This document shows positions 36,104 through 46,479 of a stretch of 64,000 nt of DNA, piece by piece. A program made the translations under genes and the position numbers. The stretch is from Chiloscyllium plagiosum (Eukaryota), in assembly GCF_004010195.1 (NCBI RefSeq), contig NC_057718.1:83864924-83928923 (forward strand), written 5' to 3'. Below the pieces are notes generated by a model. It made no database searches and was not told where the DNA came from. It worked only from the letters and a program-made list of their open reading frames with translations. Positions within the stretch are counted from its first letter, which is position 1. Each line of letters opens with the position of its first letter.

Positions 36104-39100
36104 TGAGAATGTGTATAGGGTATAGGCAGGCAGGGAAAGAGTTAAGTTCTGAGTTTTGTGCAACAAGAGGTTCAGCTGAGCATGACTCAGACCAGATAAG
36201 AACTTAATTAGCATTGGAACGCTGGAGGCAAGGGTAATGGGTTAACAAGGTGCAAAAGCAGTCATTATGTAGAGCCATTTAACAAGATGACGTAGCATTC
36301 AATATGTAACGTCAGTTAACAAGGTGAAAAGTATCCATTGTATGAATCCAGTTAACTGTCAATGTATAATGGAAAAGGGTTTGGTCTCTGCTATTGATAC
36401 TCGTTAATTACAATAGTTACCAATTAATATGTATGTTGCCTTATCTGGATGCTCCTCCCTGTGAAATGACTGTATTGTTCATTGAGAAACTGCTGTTCCA
36501 GAGAACTCAGGCCCCTGTGCACATGGGCAATTGTTCTCTCTCCCTCCAGGGCCCAGAATAAAGATGAAGAAGGTAAAACTATACTGTGTTTCTGAGCGTT
36601 TTGCTTCGACTGGTGGGGTGGGAGTGAGATAATATTTGCCTAGTCGGCAGGATCCAAACGAATAGTTACGATTGGATGGTATCAGCGGCCACCCAGAACA
36701 TCGGTGTTTCGAGATGGACGGACCTACAAGGTAAGATTTAAGTCCTTGGTCCCTCTCGATATTCCTATGTGCTGGAGACAATCCCCTCACTCAGTCACTC
36801 TCTGTTCTGCGATAATTAGCTCAGTCGAGAGATAGAATTTTGCAAGAGCGCTAGCAGGCAGAGATTAGAGTCCTCTGCGCTGCATTGGGGGTGGGGGTGT
36901 GTGATTGAGATTAGAGTCCTCTTCGCGGCACTGGGGTTCAAGTCCCCTGGGGTGGGTTTGATTGAGGTTCAAGTCCTCTCCGCGATACTGGGGTTCGAGT
37001 CTACTGGGTAGATTGATTTCAGGTTCGCACTGTGCTGAGCTTTGAGCTCTCTGTGTTTAATTGGGGTTTGAGTTCTCTGTGTTTCAGTGGGATTTGAGTC
37101 CCTGTGAGGAGTAAAGTGAGAAAGGAGTTAAAACCCCTAGTGGTGAAATTTGAGGCTCTGCGAATCTTTGTTCTAGGGAAGAGAGTGGCTTGGATTCCGG
37201 CGCCATGTGATCTGCAGCAACGGCTTTCTCTTTTTATTAGTGTAATTTCACTGAAGAGATGCAAAAAAAAATGAGAAGTGCTGAAATTAAGGTTGGACTA
37301 ATACTTGGGTTGGAAAAAAAGAACTACATGTAGATTGTGCCATGTTGAGATTGTTGTTTAAAAATTTTGATTTGTCAAATTACTGGTTCAGAAAATCCTT
37401 TTTTAAGTAACTGTTTTGCCTTGTTTGAATCAGGGTCTCAGTGTGTTTTGTGGGCTATGTAATGGGGCAGATTTTGTTTTTACATTGAAACTGTACAACA
37501 TTATGTCCTTTTTAAAATGATCAAACTTGTAAACTCAAAATAAATTGAGTGCCTTGAGCCCCTGATGTGTTTGCAATTCTGCACTGCCTGTGTTTAAAAA
37601 GAAAATTGGGGCAAGTGATCGTGCTGTAGACAGATGAGAGTATTGTATTATAATATTTTTGCTGCTGTGTTTTTAATGCGGAGTGTTCACAAAAGGAAGA
37701 GTGCATTTTTTGTTTGATGTTTAGTTAAGATTTTCGAGAGAACATGAGGCTGAGCTGCATAAATTCTGTTAATTATCGTTAAGTCTTCATTGGCCCCCTT
37801 CATATTGCAAATTCAAAGAATGTTGATCTCTACCAAAGTTGCCACTGTAATTTCAATGTTTTATTTGGGAAGTTTCATTTGGAGACCATATTTTAAAATA
37901 TTCAGCATTTGTTTCCCATGAAAATTTGAGATTTAAATCTGAACTGAAACTGCCTCTTCAATTGCTAAAGCACAGGAAACATTTTGTTGTTTTCTTGCTG
38001 TTCCAGACTTTCGAAATACTTTTCCTGACACCTTTCATATTAGCCAAGTATCAATTTGTAAAAGGGAAATAATTTTTGAATAACCTGAACGGAGGCAACC
38101 GAGGGTTAGATTTTTGTTTGTAATTGACTGAATTGTTTAGGCAGTACAATTTAGAAGTTTATGGATTGTATAAAACTTGATAATGTCATAAATAGTGAAC
38201 AGAATAACAGACTTCAAGAATTCAGAGAAGGTTGAAATAGGCAGACACAATTTAGTGTAGTTAAATGTGTGACAGTCTTCATATTGATATCCACCTTGGT
38301 AAGGAAGGTATGAGAGAGGAAATGCAAAGATACTTTCAGCACCTAACATTGTCTCTAGAGTTTCTCCATTCACAGGTAAAGCACACCTTAGGACCACCTC
38401 CTACCCCTCCTCAACCTGATCCAACAGATTCAATCAGCTCCCTAGTCAAAAGTGAAGAACCTAGCAACAATGAAGAGGAGATCAGTACTTTTTTGTCAGT
38501 GGCCTTCCTACGGACATTAAACCATGTAAGCTTTACCTTGCCTTTTGATCATTTAAGGGATATGAAGATTCACTGATTAAGCTAACATCACAACCTCCAG
38601 TTGGCTTTGTTACATTTAACGGCAGAGTGGGAGCAGATGCGGCAAAGAATGCTGCATTCACCTAGCCTGCAGCTGCTCCACTGCACGCTCAGATGTGCTG
38701 GTATCCTCCATCTGAAGCATCTCTGGAAGAACAGAAGTCTTGTCAGTGTTAAGTATTTAACTGCCCTCATCCAAGAAATCAGATTTCTCTGAGGAGTGAT
38801 GCAAGAACAGACTGAATTTTGTTTTCAGGTTGGACTTTACTGAAGGAGGCTTTAGAGAACTGGCTTGTTTCCACTCGACTTGGAGGGGATGGAGTGGTCA
38901 CTAAGGACTGTGGATTTAAGAACTTCACTGGTGAATCTTTTTTCCACATGCGAGGATTCTTCAAACTCTAATTGCTGTAATGGACTAGCAGTTTTTGTTG
39001 TTATCATCATGGTATGCTGTGTGTCAATAACTTGCTTTAATACTGGCTGTCAGAGTCTTATGAAAGCTGGTAGTACCATCTTGATGATTATCATGTGTTG

Positions 39101-39660
39101 ATAAAAGGAGGGAATGAGAATTTTTGTGTTTTGTGAGGCAGGAAATTCAGCTCAGCTTGACTGAAATTAAGAGAGGTTTGTGAAGCAAGAGGTTCAGCTG
39201 AGTATGACTCAGTTCAGATAAGAACTTACAGTTAACATTGAGGTGATGGATGCAAAGGTAATGGGTTAACAAGGTGGAAAAACATTCATTATGTAGAGCT
39301 ATTTAACAAGATGAGGTAGCATTTGGTATGTAAAGGCAGTTTAACAAGGTGAAAAATATTCATTATGTGGAATCAGATATTCATTGTGCAACAGCAGATG
39401 ACTTAATCTTTACTATTGACATGTTGATTGTAACGGTCACCCAATCAATATGTATGTTGTCTTATCTGGATGCTCCTCTTTGTAAAATGACTATATAGTG
39501 CATTAAGAAACTGCAGTTCCAGAGAAGACCATGAACTCATGTCACTGTGAAAATGGGCGATCGTTCTCTTTCCCTCCAGGGCCCAGAATAATGGTGAAAG
39601 AGATAAAACGACACTGTGTCTCTGAGTGTTTTGCTTTAACTGAGGCGGGAAATGGGAAGG
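36104..39660 (+). mobile_element. Internally deleted ERV-like provirus (5' LTR 36104-36634, 3' LTR 39115-~39655)
   Basis: Two ~530-bp direct repeats, both starting tgagaat. PBS directly after the 5' LTR; PPT aaaaggagggaa (39103-39114) directly before the 3' LTR; integrase-like LHIDIHLGKEGM and env-TM-like GLAVFVVIIMVCC remnants. Confidence 0.8.
36636..36653 (+). promoter_or_regulatory. Primer-binding site complementary to tRNA-Ser
   Basis: ttgcctagtcggcaggat matches TGGCGTAGTCGGCAGGAT (reverse complement of the 3' end of vertebrate tRNA-Ser AGA-type plus CCA, recalled from knowledge) at 16/18 positions. Confidence 0.75.
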
Positions 39661-39661
39661 C

Positions 39662-42105
39662 AGGTGATCACTTTCATGACAGTGACCACAATTCAGTTAT
39701 GTTTTCTTTAGCAATGGAAAGGCATGGGGAAATACATCAGGACAAGATTGTAGCTGGGGGAAAGGCAATTATGATGTGATCAGGCAAGACCGAGGGTGCA
39801 TCGGATGGGGAAGGACACTTCATGGGGTGGACACAGTTGAAATTTGGAGCTGGTTCAAGGGGCAGCTATTGTATGTACCTGTCCGGCAGGGAGGAAGTGG
39901 TTGAGTGAGAGAACCAGTGTTTACCAAGGAAGTTGAATTTCTTGTCAAGAGGTAGAAGGAGGCTTATGCTGAAAATGTGTTGCCAGAAAAGCGCAGCAGG
40001 TCAGGCAGCATCCATGGAGCAGGAGAATCGACGTTTTGGGCATGAGCCCTTCTTCAGAAGCTCTCTTCCAAAATCTTGCAAGGATGCCTTCCTTGAAGAA
40101 GCTCTCTTCCAAAATCACTTTCTCCTAGAAGATTTTAACCTACTGCAAATCCTCTTGCTAGGATGCCTTCCTTGAAGAAGCTTTCTTCCAAAATTTCCAG
40201 CAACACATTTTCAGCTCTGATCTCCAGCATCTGCAGTCCTCACTTTCTCCTCGAAGATTTTAGCCTACTGCGAATCCTCTTGCAAGGATGCCTTCCTTGA
40301 AGAAGCTCTCTTCCAAAAGCTCCTTGGATGCTGTCTGACCTGCTGCGCTTTTCCAGCAACACATTTTCAGCTCTAATCTCCAGCATCTGCAGTCCTCACT
40401 TTCTCCTAGAAGGAGGCTTATGTAAAGATGTGACGTGAAGTGGGTGCTTGAGAGTTACAAGTTAGCCAGGAAGGACCTAAAGAGCCAGGAACAGACAGGA
40501 GATATCTTTGGCAGGTAGGATCAAGGAAAACCCCAAAGTTTTCTATAGGTATGTCAGGAGTAAAAGAATAACTTTGATAAGATTAGCGGCCAGTCAAGGA
40601 CAGTAGTGGGAAGTTGTACGTGGAACTCCGAGGTAGGAGAGGTGCAGAATGAATATTTTTTTCAGTATTCACGCAATAAAAGACAATTTTGTCAAGGAGA
40701 ATACTGAGGTACAGCCTATTAGACTAGACTGGTTTGGGGTTCATAAGGAGGAGGTGTCAGCAATTCTAGAAAGTATGAAAATATGTGTCTCCTGGGCCCG
40801 TTGGGATTTATCCTAGAATTCTCTGGCAAGCTAGGGAGGACATTGCAGAGCCCTTGGCTTTGATTTTTATGTTGTCATTGTCAACAGGAATAGTGCCAGA
40901 AGACTGGATGATAGCAAATGTTGTCCCCTTGTTCAAGAAGGGGAGTAGAGACAATCCTGGTAATTGTAGACTAGTGAGCCTCAGTTCTTTTGTGGGCAAA
41001 GTTTTGGAAAGGAGTATAAGAAAGAGGAATAATTTAATTAGGGCTGGTCAACACGGTTTTGTGAAGAGTAGTTTGTGCCTCACAAGCCTTATTGAGTTCT
41101 TTAAGAGGATGACCAAACAGATGGATGAGGGTAAAGCAGTTGATGTGGTGTATATGGATTTCAGTGCAGCATTTGATAAGATTCCCCACAGGAGGCGAAT
41201 GCAGAAAATACGGAAGCATGGGACTGAGAGTGATTTAGTGGTTTGGATCAGAAATGGGCGAGCTGAAAGAAAACAGAGGTGGTGGTTGATGGGGAATGTT
41301 CATTCTGGAGTTCAGTATCTAATGGTGTACCGCAAGGATTTGTTTTGGGGCCACTCCTGTTTCACTTTTTTAATGACTTGGATGAGGGGGTTAGAAGGAT
41401 GGGTTCGTAAAATTGCGGACAACACTAAAGTCGGTGGAATTGTGGACAGTGCGGAAGGATGTTGCAGGTTACAGAGGGACGTAGATTAGCTGCAAAGCTG
41501 GGCTGAGAGATGGCAAATCTAGTTGAATGTGGAAAAGTGTGAGGTGATTGACTTTGGAAGGAGTAACAGGAATATAGAGTACTTGGCGAATGGTAAGATG
41601 TGGATGAGCAGAGCGAAATCTGTGTCCATGTGCATAGATCCCTGAAAGTTGCCACCCAGATTTATAGGGTTGTAAAGAAGCCATATGGTGTGGTTCGCTT
41701 TTATTGGTAGAGGGATTGTGTTTCAAGCCATGAGGTCATATTGCAGCTGTACACAAATCTGGCGTGGCTGCACTTGGACTACTGTGTACAGTTCTTGTTG
41801 CTGCATTATAGGGAGGACGTGGAAGCATTGGAAAGAGTGCAGAGGAGGTTTACTCGGATGTTTCCTGGTATGGAGAAAAGGCTGAGGGACTTGAGGCTGT
41901 TTTTGTTAGGGAGAAGGTTAAGAGGTGACTTAACAAATGCAGACAAGATGATCAGACGATCAGGTGGATAGTGAGAGCCTTTTTCCTCGGATGGCGATGG
42001 CTTGCATGAGGGAACGTAGCTCTAAATTGAGGGGTGATAGATATAGGACAGATGTCAGAGGTAGGTTCTTTACTCAAATAGTAGTAAAGGATGGAATGCC
42101 CTGCT
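39662..42105 (+). mobile_element. CR1 LINE ORF2 (end of endonuclease through RT), decayed
   Basis: ORF 40785-41489 reads SPGP.GIYPRIL...VPEDWMIANVVPLFKKGSRDNPGN...QHGFVK..CLTSLIEFF...VDVVYMDFS.AFDKIPH. Confidence 0.9.
39969..40406. mobile_element. PLE family A pseudo-LTR concatemer inserted in CR1 with 16-bp TSD
   Basis: TSD tagaaggaggcttatg at 39953-39968 and 40407-40422; inverted and tandem pLTR pieces inside. Confidence 0.85.
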
Positions 42106-43384
42106 TGCCCGAAGAAAGAAGATTCCTTCATTGGCTTGATAGATGTGCACTGAAATTCTGCAGGGCAAACAAGAAGCAACTAATTATCAGAAACTGATTT
42201 TACAAGTCCATTATTCACCCGCATGACACATGGTAAGCAACCATGTCACAAGTGTAGAATGGTTGCAGTAGTGTGCATTATGATTGAAGCCAACATTATT
42301 ACTGATTTAAGTCCGATCCCAGACTGAAACCAGGCATGATTATTGGGCTTATTCTATTTTATGTTCATTTCTTTTATTAATTAACTTTTGTTTTACTGCA
42401 GCAAAATCTGCAGCATTGCATACTTATGTTTCAGCAAGTACTGCTTAGTTCATTGTTTAATTTATTTTGATTTTAACAAACTCCCTATAACACAAATTCA
42501 AAGATTTTTAAACACACAATAAAAATATGATGCCAATAAATACACATCACTACTTTATAAACTGAAAAGCAAAAATTATTTTTTTACACAAATCTGTTCC
42601 CTGGTACAGTATTCAAAAACATATCTGGTATTGTACCCAAAAGACTACTCAAATACTCTCACCAGACTTTGTTTTTAACACCTTGATAACTTCAAGTCAT
42701 TTGTGACTTTAACATAAGCTAGAACAACAAATAAGTTCTTCCTGGAGCTGTTATGCACCTGGGCTTAAAAGTACTCAGCTTGAAGAAATTGCGTCAAGAT
42801 TTAGTCTCAAATCGGAAGTTTTGGGACTGTCAATAACTCTTCACTCTAATGCAATCTAATTTTGCTACATCCTTCCCCTCTCACGATCACTGGTCTATAT
42901 GGCCATTTTCACCCAAGGCCTTCAAAGAATTGCCCAAAACTCAAAGCAAAACTTAAAACACATCACTCCCTTTCACCTACGGGTGCTTCTTTTCAGCTTA
43001 AAAATAACCTCGCATGACTTTCTAAACTGGAGTTTGTTTTGTTTCGTCTTAAATCCCTGCCAATATTAACAAAAAAAAATCATTCATTCTCAAGCTTGGC
43101 TTCAAAAAATGTTTTAAATGAAATCCCTTGTGGCTAGGGAACACTTACAAATTAACTTCAGTTATTCAACAAAACCCATATCTGAATAACTCAAAACTCA
43201 AGAGCCCAAATTTGCAATACATAGTATTAAAAGCACATACATAATCTACCAGTAGTTCAGAAAACATTTTCACTTCCGATAATTATTCTGTTCCTTTTTG
43301 CAACGCTCATATGCATCTGGCTGCAACTTATTACATTCCAAATTATAACCATTTGCCATTAAAAGTATATATCTTTTAAATTAA

Positions 43385-43660
43385 TGTATTCATGGAATGT
43401 GGGCATCACTAATTGGGCCAGCACATGCTGCCCATCTCTGATTACTTGAGAAGGTGGTAGTAGTGAGCAGCCTTCTTGAACTGATGCAGCTCATTTGGTC
43501 GAGGTACACTCACAGTGCCTTAAGAGTTGGAATTTTAAGATTCTGAGACAGCAACACTGAAGGAATGTTATATGATAACTTTCCAATTCGGGATGGTGAG
43601 TGACTTGCAGAGGTACTTCTAAGTGTCAGCATTTCAATGTTCTTGTTGCTCTTGCCCTTC
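43385..43660 (-). mobile_element. Old CR1/L2-group LINE 3' end
   Basis: Similar to 17445-17620. Confidence 0.55.
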
Positions 43661-43669
43661 TAAGTGGTA

Positions 43670-43855
43670 GTGGCCCTGAGCTTGGAAGGTATTTTCTGCA
43701 TTAGCCCATTGTGGGGAATCTTATTTAAAGTTTTACTGCAATCCATATACAACACATCAACTGCTTTACCTGTTTCCACCTGTTTGGTCACCCTCTCAAA
43801 GAACTTGCTAAGGTTTATGAGGCACAACCTACGTTTCACAAAACCGTGTTGATAA
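43670..43855 (-). mobile_element. CR1 RT fragment
   Basis: ORF 43660-43902(-) reads QHGFVKRRLCLINL..FFE.VTKQV..GKAVDVLYMD.SK.LNKIPH. Confidence 0.75.
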
Positions 43856-43899
43856 TAGGGAAGATACAAGAGTTCATTATCAAGGACTTTCCCACAGAC

Positions 43900-45432
43900 C
43901 ACTTAAGTAAACTGTGGTAGAATCAGATACAGTCAGTATGGATGTGCAAAAGGGAAATTGATGCTTAACAAATCTACTGGAATCTTTTTGAGGATGTAAC
44001 TCGTACAGTTGATTGGGGGAGCCAGTAGTTGTAATTTATTTGGGCTTTGAGAAGGCTTTTGATAAAGTCCCGCAGAAGAGATTAATATGTAAAATTGAAG
44101 CACATGGGATTTGGATAGTATATTGAGGTGGATGAAAAATTGGTTAGCAGATAGGAAACAAATGCATAGTTTTCTGAATGGCAGGCATTGACTGGTGGGG
44201 TATCGCAGGGATCGGTCCCCAGCTATTCATAATATATGTTAATAATTTAGATGAGGGAACGAAATGTGATACCTTTAAAGTTTTCAGAAAACACAGAGCT
44301 GAGTTGAAGGGTCAACTGTGAGGAGAATACAGAGATATTGCAGTGTTTTTTTATGGACAGGCGGAATGAGTAGACAACTGCATGCAACTTCAATGTGGGA
44401 TATGTAAGGTTATCCATTTTGGTAGCAAAAATAGGATAGATTATTATTTGAAAGACTGTAAATTGAGAGAATGTTCAACAAGACCTGGATGTCCTTGTGC
44501 ACCAGTCACTGAAAAGAATGTGCAAGGCAACCGGCAGTAAAGAAAGCAAACTATTCCTGGCTTTCTTAACAAGAGAGCGGCACAGTGGCACAGCAGTTAG
44601 CACTGCTGGCTCACTGCACCACGGACTCAGGTTCTATTCCAGCCTTGGGCGACTGTCTGCACGGAGTTTGCATGTTTGCACCGCGTCTGTGTGGGTTTCC
44701 TCCCACAGTCCAACTTTGGTAGATTAGTCATATGAAATGTAGGGTCATAGGGATATGGTGGGTGTTTGGAGGATCAGTGTGGACTTAATGGACTCAACGG
44801 CTGCTACGGCACTGTTGGGATTCTAAGATGATTTGAGTAGAGGAACAAGTATACCTTGCTGCAGTTATACAGGGCATTGGTGAGGCAACATCTAGAATAT
44901 TGTGAGCAGTCTTGGTTTCTTTATCTGAGCAAGGATGTTTTTGCTATAGAGGAAATTAAGGTTTACCAAATTGATTCCTGGGATGGTAGGACTAACATAT
45001 GACGAGGAATTGTGTAGGTTAGGATTGTATTTGTGTGGTTTAGAACAATGAAGGGGGAGCTTTCATAGAAACCTACACAATTCTAACAGGACTAAACAGG
45101 TTAGATGCAGGAAGAACGTTCCCGATGATGGCCAAGTCCAGAATCAGGGGTCATATTTTAAGGGTAAGGCGTAAACCTTTTAGGACCGGAGATAAAACAT
45201 TTCTTCCCCAGAGAGTGATGAGCCTGTGGACATTACTATCACAAAGTGGTTGATGCCAAAACACACTGTTTTCAAGATGGAGGTAGATATAGCTCTTGTG
45301 GCTAACAGGATCAAGCAACTTGGGGGAAGGACAGGATTGGGATATTGAGCTCGATGATCAGCCATGATCACAATGAATGGCAGAGACTCAAGTGCTTGAA
45401 TGGCCTATTCCTGCTTCTATTTTTGCATTTCT
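43900..45432 (+). mobile_element. Decayed CR1 RT and 3' tail, with an HE1 SINE inserted at 44575-44826
   Basis: GK..CLTNLLE, KAFDKVP, GVSQGS, LYRALVR.HLEYC; tail ggcctattcctgcttctat. Confidence 0.75.
44575..44826 (+). mobile_element. HE1 SINE (diverged)
   Basis: gcggcacagtggcacagcagttagcactgctg...ggttctattcc...gggtttcctcccacagtcc. Confidence 0.75.
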
Positions 45433-45704
45433 GTGTTGGTGAGGCAGAATACTGGACAGCAGACACTTATTACTATTTAAAATGGCTATAAAGTTAAAAC
45501 ATCCAACTTTATTTTGGCTTAATGGGAAATTTGCAAGCCGTTGAAATAAAAACTACCATCAGCCAACATTTGGGCTAATATGGTTAGAGAACATATATTT
45601 GGAAAGATGCGGTCTCCGCTTTTCAATCTTTCCTTATTCTTGCAAGGAAATGACCAGTCTGACAGATAAATGAAATGCATTAGATGTGATAACTTCACAA
45701 CATG

Positions 45705-45810
45705 TGTGTTATGATCCTGCTCCACAGCTACTTGATGAAGAAGCAGTGCTCCGAAAGCTAGCACTTCCAAATAAACCTGTAGTGTTGTGAGATTTTTAAC
45801 ATTGTCCACC
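45705..45810 (+). mobile_element. PLE family B pseudo-LTR fragment with degenerate hammerhead
   Basis: cttgatgaagaagcagtgctccgaaagctagcacttccaaataaacctg, the reverse-complement counterpart of 6280-6370. Confidence 0.6.
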
Positions 45811-46479
45811 AGAATTTAGTCAGAGAATGTTCTCTGGCTGTTTTCATTTTGTACTCTAACAAAACATTAGTTCGCACATGCAAGTACAATGTGCCATCTA
45901 GTCTTGAAGGTAGCCTAAGACATGCCCTTATTACCTCAAAACCCAAGCATCCTAGTGCCCTCCTTGGTTGATCTCCCATGTTCAACTTTCTATAAACGTA
46001 AGTTATTCGAAATCTCTGCTGTTCATGTCCCATTTGCTCAAAGCCCCTGTATTTGCTGTTAAAGCAACATTTAACTTTTAAGTTCTCATCCTGCTCTTAA
46101 AATCCTTCTAACTCCTCCATCCTTAAACTCTTTTGAAATATTTACTGTGCACTACTTGTATCTTTTGAGCGACCCAAATTTGTGTCACTGGATAGTTTGT
46201 TTGTGGAGCCAACTGTACCCTGAGAAATTTGGCAGTACAGGTGTTGAGAAACAAGGAATTGGTTTCAAGTATTTGAGTCTGGGTGACAGAGCAGCTCAGA
46301 AACGTTATTGCCAAGAAATTACGGTATGTTAGCAAGGTGAAAATCTTGATATTTCTTTTCATTTGTTGTCAGAACAGAGCTTCAAAATGTTCCGTCTTGT
46401 GGTTTTTATGTACTTTTAACGGGAATAAAATGAAAATTGGAACCCTACGTAAAACTTTGCCTTAGATTGACATGTAGTT

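Noticed and set aside
40055..40406. Short repeated units resembling a CRISPR-like array
   Set aside because: Units are overlapping PLE pseudo-LTR pieces with no unique spacers; eukaryotic context and no cas genes.
42380..43240. Possible additional solo LTR (also ~34975-35315 and ~57350-58000)
   Set aside because: LTR-like composition, but I could not define termini or TSDs.
46147..46332. ORF ending at a gtatgt donor
   Set aside because: No convincing acceptor and no recognisable peptide.
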